In this document: one piece after another, positions 1-11,429 of the stretch
How the letters are laid out: each line of letters starts with the position of its first letter
Numbering within the stretch: the first letter of the stretch is position 1
NCBI RefSeq assembly: GCF_032191835.1
Contig: NC_083223.1
Span: forward strand, 56,544,001-56,608,000
Direction: 5' to 3'
Source: Heteronotia binoei
Taxonomy: Eukaryota
DNA length: 64,000 nt
The notes under the pieces: model-generated
The model's input: the letters and a program-made list of their open reading frames with translations, nothing else
Database searches by the model: none
What the model was told of the DNA's origin: nothing
Translations under genes and position numbers: made by a program

Positions 1-707
1 ATTTGATCTTGGTTGCCAGCGACACATCCTAACACTTCAGAATCTCTTCTAGCTCCTTCATGACTGCCCTTTCCAGTCTCAGTCTCCTTCTGATTTCTTG
101 GTTGTAGTCTCGCTTTAGTTGATGATGTAACTAAGGAAATAGAAAATCTTGAACAATTCTGATTTCTTCATCATCAACCTTAAATTTATGTGATTTCCCA
201 CTAGTCATTATTTTTATCTTCTTGATGTTCAGCTGAATCCTGCTTTGACAGCTTCCTGCTTTAACCTTAATTAGGAGTCATTTCAAGTCTTCACCGTTTT
301 CTACCAGTAATATGGTGTCATCTACATATCTCAAATTGTTAATGTTCCTTCTACCAATTTTCACTCCACCCTTATCTAAATCTAATTCAGTTTTCCTTAT
401 GATGTGTTCTGCATATAGATTGAACAGACAGAGAGATAAAATAAATCCTTGTCTGACACCTTTGCCAATTGGGAAACCATTCTGTTTCTCCATATTCTGT
501 CCTAACAGTAGCCTCTTGTTCAGAGTACAGATTGTATATCAAAACAATCACCTTTGCCTTGTCTGACACCTTTGCCAATTGGAAACAGTTCTGTTTCTCC
601 ATACTTTGTCTTAACAGTAGCCTCTTGTCCAGAGTACAGATTGTACATCAAAACAATCAGATGCTGTGTTACTCCTCTTCTTTTAAAACCAACTATAACT
701 TTTCATG
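1..707 (-). mobile_element. RTE-clade (BovB-like) LINE fragment, reverse transcriptase region, decayed
   Basis: ORF-track peptide 278-493 reads GKGVRQGFILSLCLFNLYAEHII...GGVKIGRRNINNLRYVDDTILL, i.e. RTE-type RT motifs (GVRQG, YADD variant YVDD); frame is broken and there is an internal duplication. Confidence 0.85.
447..659. repeat. Tandem duplication (~104 bp, period 110) inside the RTE fragment
   Basis: CCTTGTCTGACACCTTTGCCAATTGG...CAAAACAATCA occurs at 447-550 and again at 557-659, with several substitutions. Confidence 0.9.
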
Positions 708-755
708 ATCCAAGTTAGAGTCCAGTGGTACCCTTAAAACCAACAAAGTTTTATT

Positions 756-1094
756 CAGGACTTTTTTTGTAGAAAAAGCCCAGAAGGAACTCATTGGCAT
801 ATTAGGCCACACCCCCGGATGTCACCAGGGGTGGAATACTAGCAAGAGCTCCTTTGCATATTAGGCCACACCCCCTTCATGCAGCCAATCCTCCAAGAGC
901 TTACAAGGCTCTTTTCTGTAAGCTCTTGGAGGATTGGCTACATCAGGGGTGTGTGGTCTAATATGCAAAGGAACTCCTGCTAGAATTCCACCCCTGGATG
1001 TCACCATTGTAAGGAGCTCATTTGCATATTAGGCTACATCCCCTGGTGGCAAGTCAGTCAGAACTGCATTCCTGCTAAAAAAAAAAAGCCCCTG
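756..1094 (+). mobile_element. hAT-type MITE, family B (CAGGGCTTTTTT ends, internal direct repeat)
   Basis: Ends CAGGACTTTTTTTG / AAAAAAAGCCCCTG; perfect 8-bp TSD GTTTTATT at 748-755 and 1095-1102. Confidence 0.9.
826..996. mobile_element. Palindromic hAT-type MITE, family A' (CAGGGGTGGAAT ends), nested in the family B copy
   Basis: TIRs CAGGGGTGGAAT / ATTCCACCCCTG; whole element self-complementary; perfect 8-bp TSD GATGTCAC at 818-825 and 997-1004. Confidence 0.92.
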
Positions 1095-3429
1095 GTTTTA
1101 TTCAAGGTATGAACTTTCATGTGCAAGAACACTTCTTCAGATACACAGAAATGGAAGATAGCCATTCAAACTTATGGACTGAGGCTGAGCAGTAAATTAG
1201 CACATAACATGATGAAGATATTTTAAGATATGCGGAGACAAAACAGGAATAACAGGTTAAGTTTATAGGGTCAACAGTTGTATGTGTTTATTTAAGGGGG
1301 AACAACAATGAAGCAATGTATGTCAAAATAGGAGATAAATGTGTGGGAAAAAATTCTTTCTAGTTGTGGGAAGTTAACTGAGACTCCATTTCCCTGTGTA
1401 ACACTGCACCCCACCCCAAAAAAATAAAAAATGCTGTTTGTCACCTTCATGCTTGAGAGAAGACAAATGGAGTGTCACAATGGAATTTCAGTTGTGACTG
1501 GGTTAACTTCAGAGCTTGTTTTTAGCTGCCAGCTTTTTCAGGCTGGAATCTAAAAGCGCTGGTATTGTTGTCCCAAGCCAACCATGGCTGTCAACTGAGA
1601 TATTTTGAGAAAACGAGGGGGAAGTATAGCCTGTTGTTTCCTGCTATTCACTCTGGTGATTGGCCTTTGCCTACAAGCTGCTGACTGTGTACACACTTCA
1701 CAGTAGGCCAGGTTGTAGATTTTCCTAATTCTCTGAGGCTGTTTCTAAGATTCATGTGCATCTCAGTATGACAAACAGTGATCGGCCAGGTAATTCACTA
1801 GACATGGCATGGGAATCCCTAACAACAGTATCCTTAGAGTTCTTGAAAATAGACTGCATCCTTTTTATCATGGAATTCTATTGAAAGAGAAATGCATCTT
1901 TCAATATACTGGAGTCACTCATCTGAACAAACTCATCTGACAACCTCTTATAATGCTTGGTTTTATAACTTCTGGCTTTCAGGATGCCAGCAGGATGTAT
2001 CCTGTAATGAAGGAACAGACTGCCCAAGACTGAGGGCAGTGACAGAATACAAACCATTCATTTAACTATGCAGTTTTAAATTCTTAAGAAGTCTTTTCTG
2101 TCTTCAGTTTCAGCACTTAGTTCCACTTTTCTCTTAATTTCCCAATGTTTCCATCTTCTGAGTCAACTGCTGGCACCTTCTGGTTACCAGTGTTTTCAGT
2201 TTTTTTAAAAATTGTGTTTATGCTGCAGCCCTACACCTCTAAAGTCATTGAAATTAAGCCAGGGTAATTGGGTATGCTTGTGCAATCCCCCAAACATAAA
2301 GCAGCCTTTTCTTGTGCCAATTAAAATTATCAAATGAACCACTCTAAATTCAGAAGGCATTTATGATGTAATGAACTAATCTGTCAACCACACTTTTTAT
2401 CCTGTTTATCCTGTAGGCTGCAATTTCACGAGAAACACATAAACACTATGTGGCTGCAATCTGAGGGGTGGTTGTGACAACATCCCTTTGAAAATAGTGT
2501 CATGGGACCTGGTCGTTACTGACTTAAGTCCCATTGGTTGCAGTGGTATTTAGTTAAAATTTTGCTAGATTAACATTTGCAAAATCATGAGAATTTTTTT
2601 TTGAAACCTGTAGGAAGGTTTGGTCTTGTTGAGGGCAATGGAATGTAACAGATGTAAAGACCTCAAATTGGCAGCTCACTTATATTTGCAGAATAAATTC
2701 TAAATTCTTGTTGATAGACTATATAGCAATTTCGTAGCAAACTGCAAAGTCAATTAAATGTGTCTTGGGTCACAGGAAAAGTTTGAATTTTCAACATAAT
2801 CCAGAAAGACTGTGAAGTCAGGGAGTTTTTACCAGAATGCTTTCCATAAGGAGATCCTTTAAATTAACACCCTATATTGTCCAATAATGTAGAATAAAGA
2901 AGATTACTTCATAAATAGAATAATAAAAAAGTAGAATTAAAATCTCTTTATTTTCTCCATCTTCATTTCTGCTCATAAGTACAGAGTCCATATTGTTAAT
3001 ATAAATGTATTGACTAGCTAAATATCATGAACTTAAATATTTTAATACTTTAATGTAATTTAAATATTGATTGATTGACATTATTTATAGTATGCCTTTC
3101 TAACAGGAACTCAAGGCAGATTACATATAGCAAATCAGTACAGTCAATTAATGGGGCATTCAATGCATTAGGGTTGTAGAAGTTTGAGGACAACTGGTTT
3201 ACAATAGCAACCCTTTGAGTTGGATCCATAAGGAATTATTTGAACTAGTTCAAGGTACATCCCCACTTCTTCCTCCAAGGATCTCAACAAGATAATATGA
3301 TCTACTGTATCAAGGTTGCAGATCAATTCAATAACAGCAACAGAGAGGCTTGGCTTTTGTCCACATTCAGACGGAGATCATCAACTAAAGCTTGCAGTGC
3401 TGTGTTTGTACCATAGCCCGGTCTGAAGC

Positions 3430-3900
3430 CAGCCTGAAAAGGGTCTAGAGCAGATGAGTTATCCAAGAAGACTTGGAGTTTGTCCACTACTGCTCTATCA
3501 GTCAGAACACATTGGGAATTCTAAAATCCTCCAGAGTGTTCTGGAATCCAGTAGGATTCATGAGCCTATTTTAACTGGGCCTTCTCTAACGCAGGGTATC
3601 GGAGTCACATTCACTTCAGGTGGTGGTCAGACTATGGTGTCAGAACCACCTTAGATAGTGGACTATGGTTCAGGGTGAATCTCTAGCCATAAAACCAAAC
3701 CTTCCCTGAAAAGCTCAGTGCAAAAGATTAAGTCTAGGGTGTGACCTCTTTCATGTGTTGGGCCAATCACAATTTGGTAGAGAACAAAGGTATCTTCAAC
3801 ATTGAAATCCTTCATAATGATCAGCCTAGGAGTCTCCAGCATCACATCTGACAGTACATTACCAACTCATAAAAGGTACCCAGTGAGGAACTAGGTGGCT
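3430..3900 (-). mobile_element. L2/CR1-clade LINE endonuclease-region remnant
   Basis: ORF-track peptide LETPRLIIMKDFN...GPTHERGHTLDLIF matches APE endonuclease motifs (GDFN, PTH..GHTLDL); boundaries approximate. Confidence 0.6.
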
Positions 3901-4019
3901 GGTGGATAAGAATAATGCCTTATTGATCCTTAGTCCCTAATATAGGAGACATATAGTCAATGCCAATGATATTTTTCATTGGGAGTTTGCATAAGTTAAA
4001 GATTCATGGTGGAAAATAA

Positions 4020-4640
4020 CCAAGCCTCCTTTCTGGCCAGTTGTGCGGGATCTGAATGGCCTGGTATATGAGCTGTGCAGGGAGATGGACAGAAGGAGTG
4101 CAACTGGTGATTCTTCTGGACTTCTCAGTGGCTTTTGATCCAATTGATCATCACATTCTTCTGGATTAGGATTGGAAGGCACCAATCTGTGGTGGTTCCA
4201 ATCTTACCTGGAGAGTAGGTTTCAGAAAGTGGTGCTTGGGGATGGCTGTTGGGGATGGCCTTTGGCCTCTGGGGTCACAACAAGGTTCCTTCTTGTCTCC
4301 ATGATCTTTAGCATCTACATGAAACCACTTAGTGAGGTCATCCAGAGATCTGATCTGGGTTGTTACCAGTATGCAGATGACACTCAGCTCTATGTCACAC
4401 TTCCAGCTGATTCCAGGTAGGCTGTAGAAACCTTGAACCAGTGCCTGGAGACAATTTTGAAGAGGATGTGGGCTAATAAACTAAAGCTTAATCAGTGCTA
4501 CTTGTGGGTAGATGGTCTGACCTGGAATTTAAGGTGCACTCATTCTGTATGGGGTTGCACTCCCCTTGAAGAAACAGGTCCATAGTCTGGGAGTGCTCCT
4601 GGACCCAGGCCAGCTGCTGGATAAGCAGCTGGCAGCTGGT
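4020..4640 (+). mobile_element. L2-clade LINE RT fragment, decayed
   Basis: Translates across frameshifts to LLDFSVAFDPIDH...WFQSYLESRFQKVVLG...IYMKPLSEVIQ...YQYADDTQLY...NKLKLN. Confidence 0.8.
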
Positions 4641-4745
4641 TTTCAGTCTAAAACCAGATTGGAAGGGATCTAAACAATTTGTCTCATCCAGAAAGACTTG
4701 CGGTTGTCCAGCCATCACCCATTCGATCACTTTGCTCAAGAATTG
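4640..4745 (-). mobile_element. Short inverted L2-clade RT fragment
   Basis: Minus-strand FLDETNCLDPFQSGFR motif (RT N-terminal part) abutting the + strand fragment. Confidence 0.6.
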
Positions 4746-4849
4746 ATATTACTGTATGGAGAGTGGAGAATATTAGCTCAAGATTATTAGTGTAAACTTG
4801 TGGGAAATATGGTCTCTTCTAATCCACAAGAACACAAGAAACTCAATAT

Positions 4850-7100
4850 GTTGTTGTTGTTGTTTTGGTTTACTGAATCACCCATCCCGATTAGTGCCGG
4901 GCTCTGGGCAATTGACAACAATGAATAAAATACAATCATATAAAAACTAGTAAAACCAATTAACTAAGTTAAATCATAAACCCGATGGTGTCCTGTTAAT
5001 ATTCTCCTAAACCAGATTCCCAGATGTGACATCGAGGGGGGACCCCATTGAGGGGGAGGAGGGAGGTACCAGTTCAGTACCACTGCTGTTCTAATTGAAA
5101 GCCTGGCGGAACATCTCTGCCTTACAGGCCATGCAGAACTGAAGAAGATCTCATGGGGCCCTGATGTTCTCTGGCAGAGAGGTTCACCTTTTCATTTCTG
5201 GCTCTCGTCAAGAACAGCTGGACCTCTCTAGGGTCAGGGATCACCAATAGATTATGAGCAGTAGAGTGTAACACTCTTCCAGAGACATAGCAGAGGAGGC
5301 AGTCCCATAGATACATCACTCCCAGATGGCTCAAGGCCTTAAAGGTCACAACCAAAACCTTTTATCTGCCTCAGTACTCAACCAGAAGCCAGTGTTGCTG
5401 ACACAGCACAGGTTGAATGTGTGCAATCCATAGTGCTCCTGTCAGGAATTGCACTGCAAAATTCTGGATCAATTGGGGTTTCCGAGTCAGAACCAAGGGT
5501 AGGCCAGCATAGAGTGAGCTGCAGTAGTCTAATCTGCAGGTGACCATCTCATGGATTACTGTGGCTAGATCTGAGCAAGACAGGAGGGGAGCCAGCTGCC
5601 GGGCCTGGCAGATATGGAAAACTGGCACCTTGGCAATATGTATGACCTGGACCTCATTGAAAGGGAGGTATCCAGTGTAACTCCCAGACTCTTGACAGTT
5701 GGCACTGGTAGTCAAGGGCTAGCAATTTATGCTTCAGTTCCAGCCCCACTCCTCCCTCCCAGCCACAGAATCTCCATCTTTGATGGGTTCAGCTTCAGCC
5801 TGCCCTTCCTTAATCAGCCCACTGCGGCCTCCAGTCACTTGGCCAAAAATGATGGAACAGTGGCTGACTGGTCATCCAACAGCAAATACAGCTGGGTGTC
5901 ATCTGCATATTGATGACACCTGCCCCATAGCTCTGTACCAGCTGGGCAATGGGGCATATGTAGATATTAAACATCATTGGGGAGAGGAGTGCCCCTTGAG
6001 GGATCCCACACACCAGGGGGTGTCTAGTGGACACATCCTTCTCTTGTGCCACCATCCTTCCTCGACCATGGAGAAAAGAGGAGAGCCACTGTAAAGCCAT
6101 TCATGTATTCCCATGTTGGCAAGGTGGTGAGCCAACAGGTTATAGTCGACTGTGTCAAACACTGCTGTAAAATCTAACAGTAACAGCAGTGCTGACCCAC
6201 CTTGATCCCGCTACATTTGGAGATTATCTGTTAGGGCAGGGGTGGGGAACCTCTGCCCCGAGAGCCGTATGCGGCCCTCGAGGTCACTTGGTGTGGCCCT
6301 CAGGGATTGCTGGGCCGAACTGAGCCATGTAGCAGCCTCCCTGGGGCCTGGCTGGTCAGTGAGGATCATGGGGTCCAGCTGCACTGTGCAGCAGCCTCCC
6401 CAGGGCCAGGTAGGGATCACAGGGCCCAGATGTACTGTGCGGCAGCCTCCCTGGGGCCTGGCTGGCCGGGCAGAATTGCTGCAGGGCCTGGAAAAGTTAC
6501 TGTTACAGTTCAGTTTGCACTTTCTTGTCCCCAATGGTGTGGACTAATATGCTAATGAGTGTGTGACCTAATATGCTAATATTAGGGGATGTGGTCTAAT
6601 ATGCTACTGAGTTCCTGCTGGGCTTTTTCTACAAAAAAGCCCCGGACCCATGCATTTGCCTAGAGCGGTGGGCCATGTGTGTGTATGTGTGTCAGATTAG
6701 GCTCTCCACACATGACTTCAAATAGAAAAATAATTATTTGCATTAATTTTGCTGACCTGAATAATTCTCCCTTGGTGTAGCACTGTTTTTTAAATTGATA
6801 ATTTTATATGGCCCACGAATGTTATAAATATCTATATGGCCCTTGGCAGAAAAAAGGTTCCCCATCCCTGCGTTAGGGCAACCAGGACAGTCTCAGTCCC
6901 ATGGCCAGGGCAGAAATCAGAACTGAATGAGTCTAGCGTCGATGTGTCCTCCAGGAAACCCTGGAGGTTTGGCTACACCTCTCAATTACCTTGTCCAGAA
7001 ATGGTAAATCTGAAACTGGGCTGTAATTGGCCAGATCAGAAGGATCCATAGATGGCTTTTTTAAGTGGTATGACCACTGCTTCCTTGAGGCCCTCTGGAA
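4850..7100 (-). mobile_element. 5'-truncated L2-clade LINE (RT to 3' tail), split by a hAT insertion at 6237-6870
   Basis: Minus-strand peptides LKKPSMDPSDLANYSPVSDLPFLDKVIE, FDTVDYNLL, GIPQGALLSPMMFNIY, RLDYCSSLYAGLP...QLIQNFA; the two halves join across the TSD. Confidence 0.85.
6237..6870. mobile_element. Non-autonomous hAT element (634 bp)
   Basis: TIRs CAGGGGTGGGGAACCT / AGGTTCCCCATCCCTG (15/16); 8-bp TSD TGTTAGGG (6229-6236) / CGTTAGGG (6871-6878), differing by one CpG-type change; three internal ~50-60-bp GCAGCCTCCC repeats. Confidence 0.88.
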
Positions 7101-7105
7101 ACACC

Positions 7106-7200
7106 CAATAAAACTTGACTGAGAGTGTAGTCCTAAACAGAGATACACATTTCTAAGTCCATTGAGGTAACTGAAAGGTGTAACTGCTTAGGCTTACACT
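7106..7200. repeat. Short imperfect palindromic MITE-like repeat (second copy at ~26010-26095)
   Basis: ...AGTCCTAAACAGAGATACACATTTCTAAGTCCATTGA...GAAAGGTGTAACTGCTTAGGCTTACACTG is imperfectly self-complementary; similar sequence at 26010-26095. Confidence 0.55.
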
Positions 7201-8991
7201 GATCTACTTAGGAAAGAATGACTAATGATAGAGCGTCTGATGATATCATGCTTGCAAATAAATCTGCAAAACTGCTAGTCCTCCAAAGTTTTTATAGCCA
7301 CTTGTTGTGTGTATCTGTGTTAGTCATCATGGCAAACAGACAAACTAAAAGAAAAAAAAATCCTTAACTGTGTCTGTCTACAGAAGCTTCTCTGTCCAGA
7401 GGTGATTCTTACTCACTACAGGTGGTCAGGAAAACAAATGTACAAATTAGAGTTGTACACGGAAACTAGTGTCATATGTATTTTTGTTGAATTTATGGCA
7501 TCGTGAAATATGGCTGTCAGTCGAGATAAGTACCAGAGTATGTCTACCACTGACATAATTTTTTCAGGCAATTGAACTCTTTAAAATGTGTTAAAATTGT
7601 AGCATGCAATATATAATCCTGTTGCAATAAAGAGCTTTATGGTAGTTATTTCCTTTTGTGAGGTCAGTTTCAGAGGAACAAGCGGAACAGAATGAAAGTA
7701 TGCAAATGTTGGCCTACAGCCTCCTATAACCATACTCTCTGCAATCATTTTGCAATGGCCTCATGCTGTGAGGTGGAATTTGGGTAGAAGGATGAATTCT
7801 CACTGACTAGCCCACTCCAAATGAAGGCTTTGCATAGTGGAGGAAAAACTGGGAAGAGAATAGGGACATGCAGGTTTTGTAAATGCTATTTTGATTGTCA
7901 GGCTAGAGTTTTGCAGATAGTCAAGAATAGGCACTGGAGTTCTTCCGATAAATGGTTGATGTAACACAAGAAGAGTCGGACAGATAACAGATGAAATATC
8001 TCTGAAATATTGTAGCTTCACAAATTAGTGCATCTTAATTTATTTTAATTTAGCATCTCTTTGTTGTAGACCAGGGGTGAGAGATACAGTAATTTTAGGT
8101 ATTTGGGTTATGTTTTACCAACAGTTTCTGTTCATTACTTTAAAAATTTGGTACCTGAAATGATTAAAACTGAATCTTAATAATCTATCTACAATTGTCT
8201 GTAAAACAAGTTATTCCAATAAATATAACTGGCGAGTTACCATGTAATGAGAACATAGTTGTTGTTTTTTAAATTACAAGTTTCAGAACAAGCTACATTA
8301 TCACAAATGAAATATTATCCTAGCAGGTTTCACTAGTGAAGGTGGTAGAATCCACAGAATTGGTCAGATTTCAGAAAAATATTTGCCGAAGTTGTCACTA
8401 GATGGAATGACAGGATAGATACTAATGAAGTCTTTAAGAATAAAATCTTGCAATGGATATCATTTCTGTTTTGTTTTATTATGAGGGGGAAATGACATCT
8501 ATCTATCTATAAGGTATCGCTGTTATTTTAATGTTCTACATACATAGAAGTTATATTTGGTTAAGGAATAATTAGAATGGTGCCACAGGAAGACCATCAG
8601 TAAACTTCTATCAGGGTCTGAGAAGTTTCCCTTTAGATCTGTTAACACAAATAAACTTTGCAGATAGTATGACTACCTATCATACTAAAGAATTTTCATT
8701 GTCTGCCTTTTGTTTAGTTAAATTTTCATATATGTGCTTGTTAACAAACTATCTGTAGCTTTTTTATATATGAAAGAAAATATGGAATAACACATAGTTA
8801 TAAATAGAACTATGACCTTTTATCACAATCTCACTGATTAAAATTTGACTCCATGGATTACAGAATGATGTGCACCTTATTAGTTAAAACTGTACTACAC
8901 AGATGTGTATTCATTACACATTGAGGATATGAAGTAACTTGGTAAAATATCTAGATACCAGATAATCCACAGTCCTCTGTTGTGTGTGCAA

Positions 8992-9113
8992 ATTTTGCAA
9001 ACTGAAGTTAGAATGGCAATATTACATGTCATTTTGCAAACTGAAGTTAGAATGGCAATATTACATGTCATTTTGCAAACTGAAGTTAGAGTGGTAATAT
9101 TACATATGTCATT
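8992..9113. repeat. 39-bp minisatellite, 3 copies
   Basis: ATTTTGCAAACTGAAGTTAGAATGGCAATATTACATGTC at 8992 and 9031 (identical) and at 9070 (slightly diverged). Confidence 0.95.
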
Positions 9114-9739
9114 CTTCTAATTAAAAAGAAAGGAGTGGATCCCGTTTAACCACTCGAAAAAGGCTATGTGGCAGATTATAGGAAAAGTGTTCAAAAGCCA
9201 TACTGAGTGGGGACTGTAGTATGGCTTTTAAAGAGTGACCAAGGCTGCAGTCCTAAAAGCACTTTTCCTAGTAACAAACCCAATGGTACATACTGTGAAC
9301 AGACTTGCTTGAATTGTTTCTAAAGGCTGTTTTGTCTGCAAACTAAAACAGTACTTCAAAAGCCCTCCTAGTGTGCTGGTCAGTCTTTGCTTCTGATAGA
9401 AACTGAAACTAGGGATTGGCATGAAATGTGGAAATGGTGATTATTTCATGGTTTGTTGGGTTGCCCAATGTTTTTCTGTTTTTTCCAATTTCCCGAATGA
9501 TTTATGGATCATTGATTTGTTTACTTCAGGAAGGCATAGAATGGCCCCCAGGTGGGCTAGAGTTGCCAAACATGCTGCAAACTCTTCAGTTTACCCTCCT
9601 GTACCCGCTCTCTAAGTTTAGTGTGAATTGGATTTCAGGTGACTGAACTACAGCCCCCAAAGCAGGTGACTGCATCTAATCAGTTTAACGGAAAACTGAC
9701 TAGAAGTGCAGGGGGCTGGGGTATCATGCCAGGCTGCCT

Positions 9740-9900
9740 GGAAAAATGAACCAAACATGAACCAACATGCCAAGAAAAAAGGCCAGTTCATTTTCATGTT
9801 GGGGGGGGGGGAGGATCAGATGAACCAGTTCGAAATGAACCACGAATTGGCCATCTTTAGCATGAATCATGATTCGTGTTTTGGTTTGTGCCCATCCTTA
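9740..9900. mobile_element. Right-hand fragment of a hAT-type element related to 56148-56749
   Basis: Ends GGTTTGTGCCCATCCTTA, the reverse complement of a TA(A/G)GGATGGGCACAAAC terminus; GAACC-rich interior. Confidence 0.55.
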
Positions 9901-10153
9901 ATTAAGACTTCTTTTTTATTTTTAATTTTTTCTTCTATTTTTACTTTCAGTGATTGCTGTAGGATTTGAAAGGCTGATCTGGTTTCTGAGTTTATATCTT
10001 CCTTGACCACAGCTGGATGATAAAAAACTTTCCAAAACTTATTGGATATAGAGAAGAAAGGGATTTTCCCACTTATCATTTCTACTTTATAAATATATCT
10101 GTACATTGTTTTTCTTCAAACCAAGACTGATGGTAATCACCTTGCCTGTTTAG

Positions 10154-10245
10154 TTCTAGGTAAGATCCGGAGTGCCGTTGGAAGTGCTCAGCTTCTTATG
10201 TCTCAGAAATTCCAGCAGTTCTATTGGCTATGTCAACAGAATCTG
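10154..10245 (+). CDS. DLGAP2: DLG-associated protein 2 (SAPAP2), internal exon of the GH1/GKAP domain (92 nt)
   Basis: AG acceptor 10152-10153, GT donor 10246; encodes (x)LGKIRSAVGSAQLLMSQKFQQFYWLCQQNL, the DLGAP2-type sequence; phase joins the next exon. Confidence 0.95.
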
Positions 10246-10611
10246 GTAGGTCAATGCTTTTCAATATTGCTAGATTCAAGTTATTTTCTACTCAAAAGTT
10301 ATTGGGTGAAAATGATATAATACTTGGTGATTGTAGCTACATTAATAACTGCATAATGAATAGTAACTGTATAATTTTCTACATCATCTACTCACACACA
10401 ATTTCAGTTGTCACAGAAGGCAGTACCTGGAGCGGTTGACTGCAGCAACACAAATTCAGCTATGAAATTTCCTGGGTTTGTCATTTTGTGGCTGGCCCCA
10501 GGCTTGCTATGAGACATCATTGATATGAGATGGAGTACTCTAAACATGAGTTACAATGAGAGAAATACATGGATATGTTTACATATTATTCTGCCATGCT
10601 TTTCATTATTG

Positions 10612-11429
10612 TAACAGAAACACAGTAAAATCTATAGGAGTGAGGTTATTTTGTTTTGAAATGGCATACGAAAACCTGAAATATAATGCGATAGGGAAAG
10701 GTTCAAGATATAATTTCTTAATGAAGTTAATAAATCGTACCTCATGGAACAGAAACAGGCAAAATGTGACAATATAGCTATTTAAGGCTACAGGAAATCT
10801 CTTCAGGGCTGCTGTAAGAGCTACCATGACCCTCCACGTAAAGATTCTGCTCCCCGTAAACACCAAGTCCCATCATCAAGTCACATGACTTTCCCAGCTC
10901 CATAGGCCTGTAAGATTGACAAGGGCCCTTACAATTTTGTTCCTGTCAGTAGCCCCTCATATAGGCTACTCTGTGCAGTTCATATTCTAGAAAGATACAG
11001 ATGAGCCATTTTAAGTATTATTCAGATAACTGTGCAGTTGCCACTCAGGGATTTGGAAGTTGGAAACACTGAACAGAAAACTGTGAATGAGTGATCTTGG
11101 ATGGGATCCAAAGATCTATTTAACACTGAGTGTTGGGCATGTCCAGTAAAATTAATTTTGTACAGCAGACCACATCACAATCTGTTTCTTAAAGTCCCCT
11201 CAGAATTTCCCTGTTCCCTCATATTTGGCAGGTGGAATATTATCTGATACAAGTCTAAAGTCTAAATATTGTCACATTTTGCCTGTTTCTGTTCCATGAA
11301 GTATGATTTATTAACTTCCTTAAGAAATTATATCTTGAATCTTTCCCTATCCCATTATATTTCAGGTTTTCGTGTGCCATTTCAAAACAAAATAACCTCG
11401 CTTCTTTAGATTTTATTGTGTTCCTGTTA
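10612..11429. repeat. Long inverted repeat: 164-bp arms (10612-10775, 11266-11429), 490-bp spacer
   Basis: Manual alignment of the left arm to the reverse complement of the right arm: ungapped, 11 mismatches in 164 nt. Confidence 0.92.

Larger units (their letters stand above)
717..1150 (-). mobile_element. Penelope-like element terminal remnant, interrupted by nested MITEs
   Basis: AGAGTCCAGTGGTACCCTTAAAACCAACAAAGTTTTATT (717-755) resumes as ...CAAGGTATGAACTTTCATGTGCAAGAACACTTCTTCAGATAC (~1103-1144); resembles recalled reptile Penelope terminal consensus. Confidence 0.7.

Noticed and set aside
8992-9113. CRISPR-like array
   Set aside because: Repeats are head-to-tail with no spacers and the genome is eukaryotic; an ordinary minisatellite.
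1-10153. Additional upstream DLGAP2 exon (expected ..EGWCKEMERE..)
   Set aside because: Not found by eye; presumably lies before the window.
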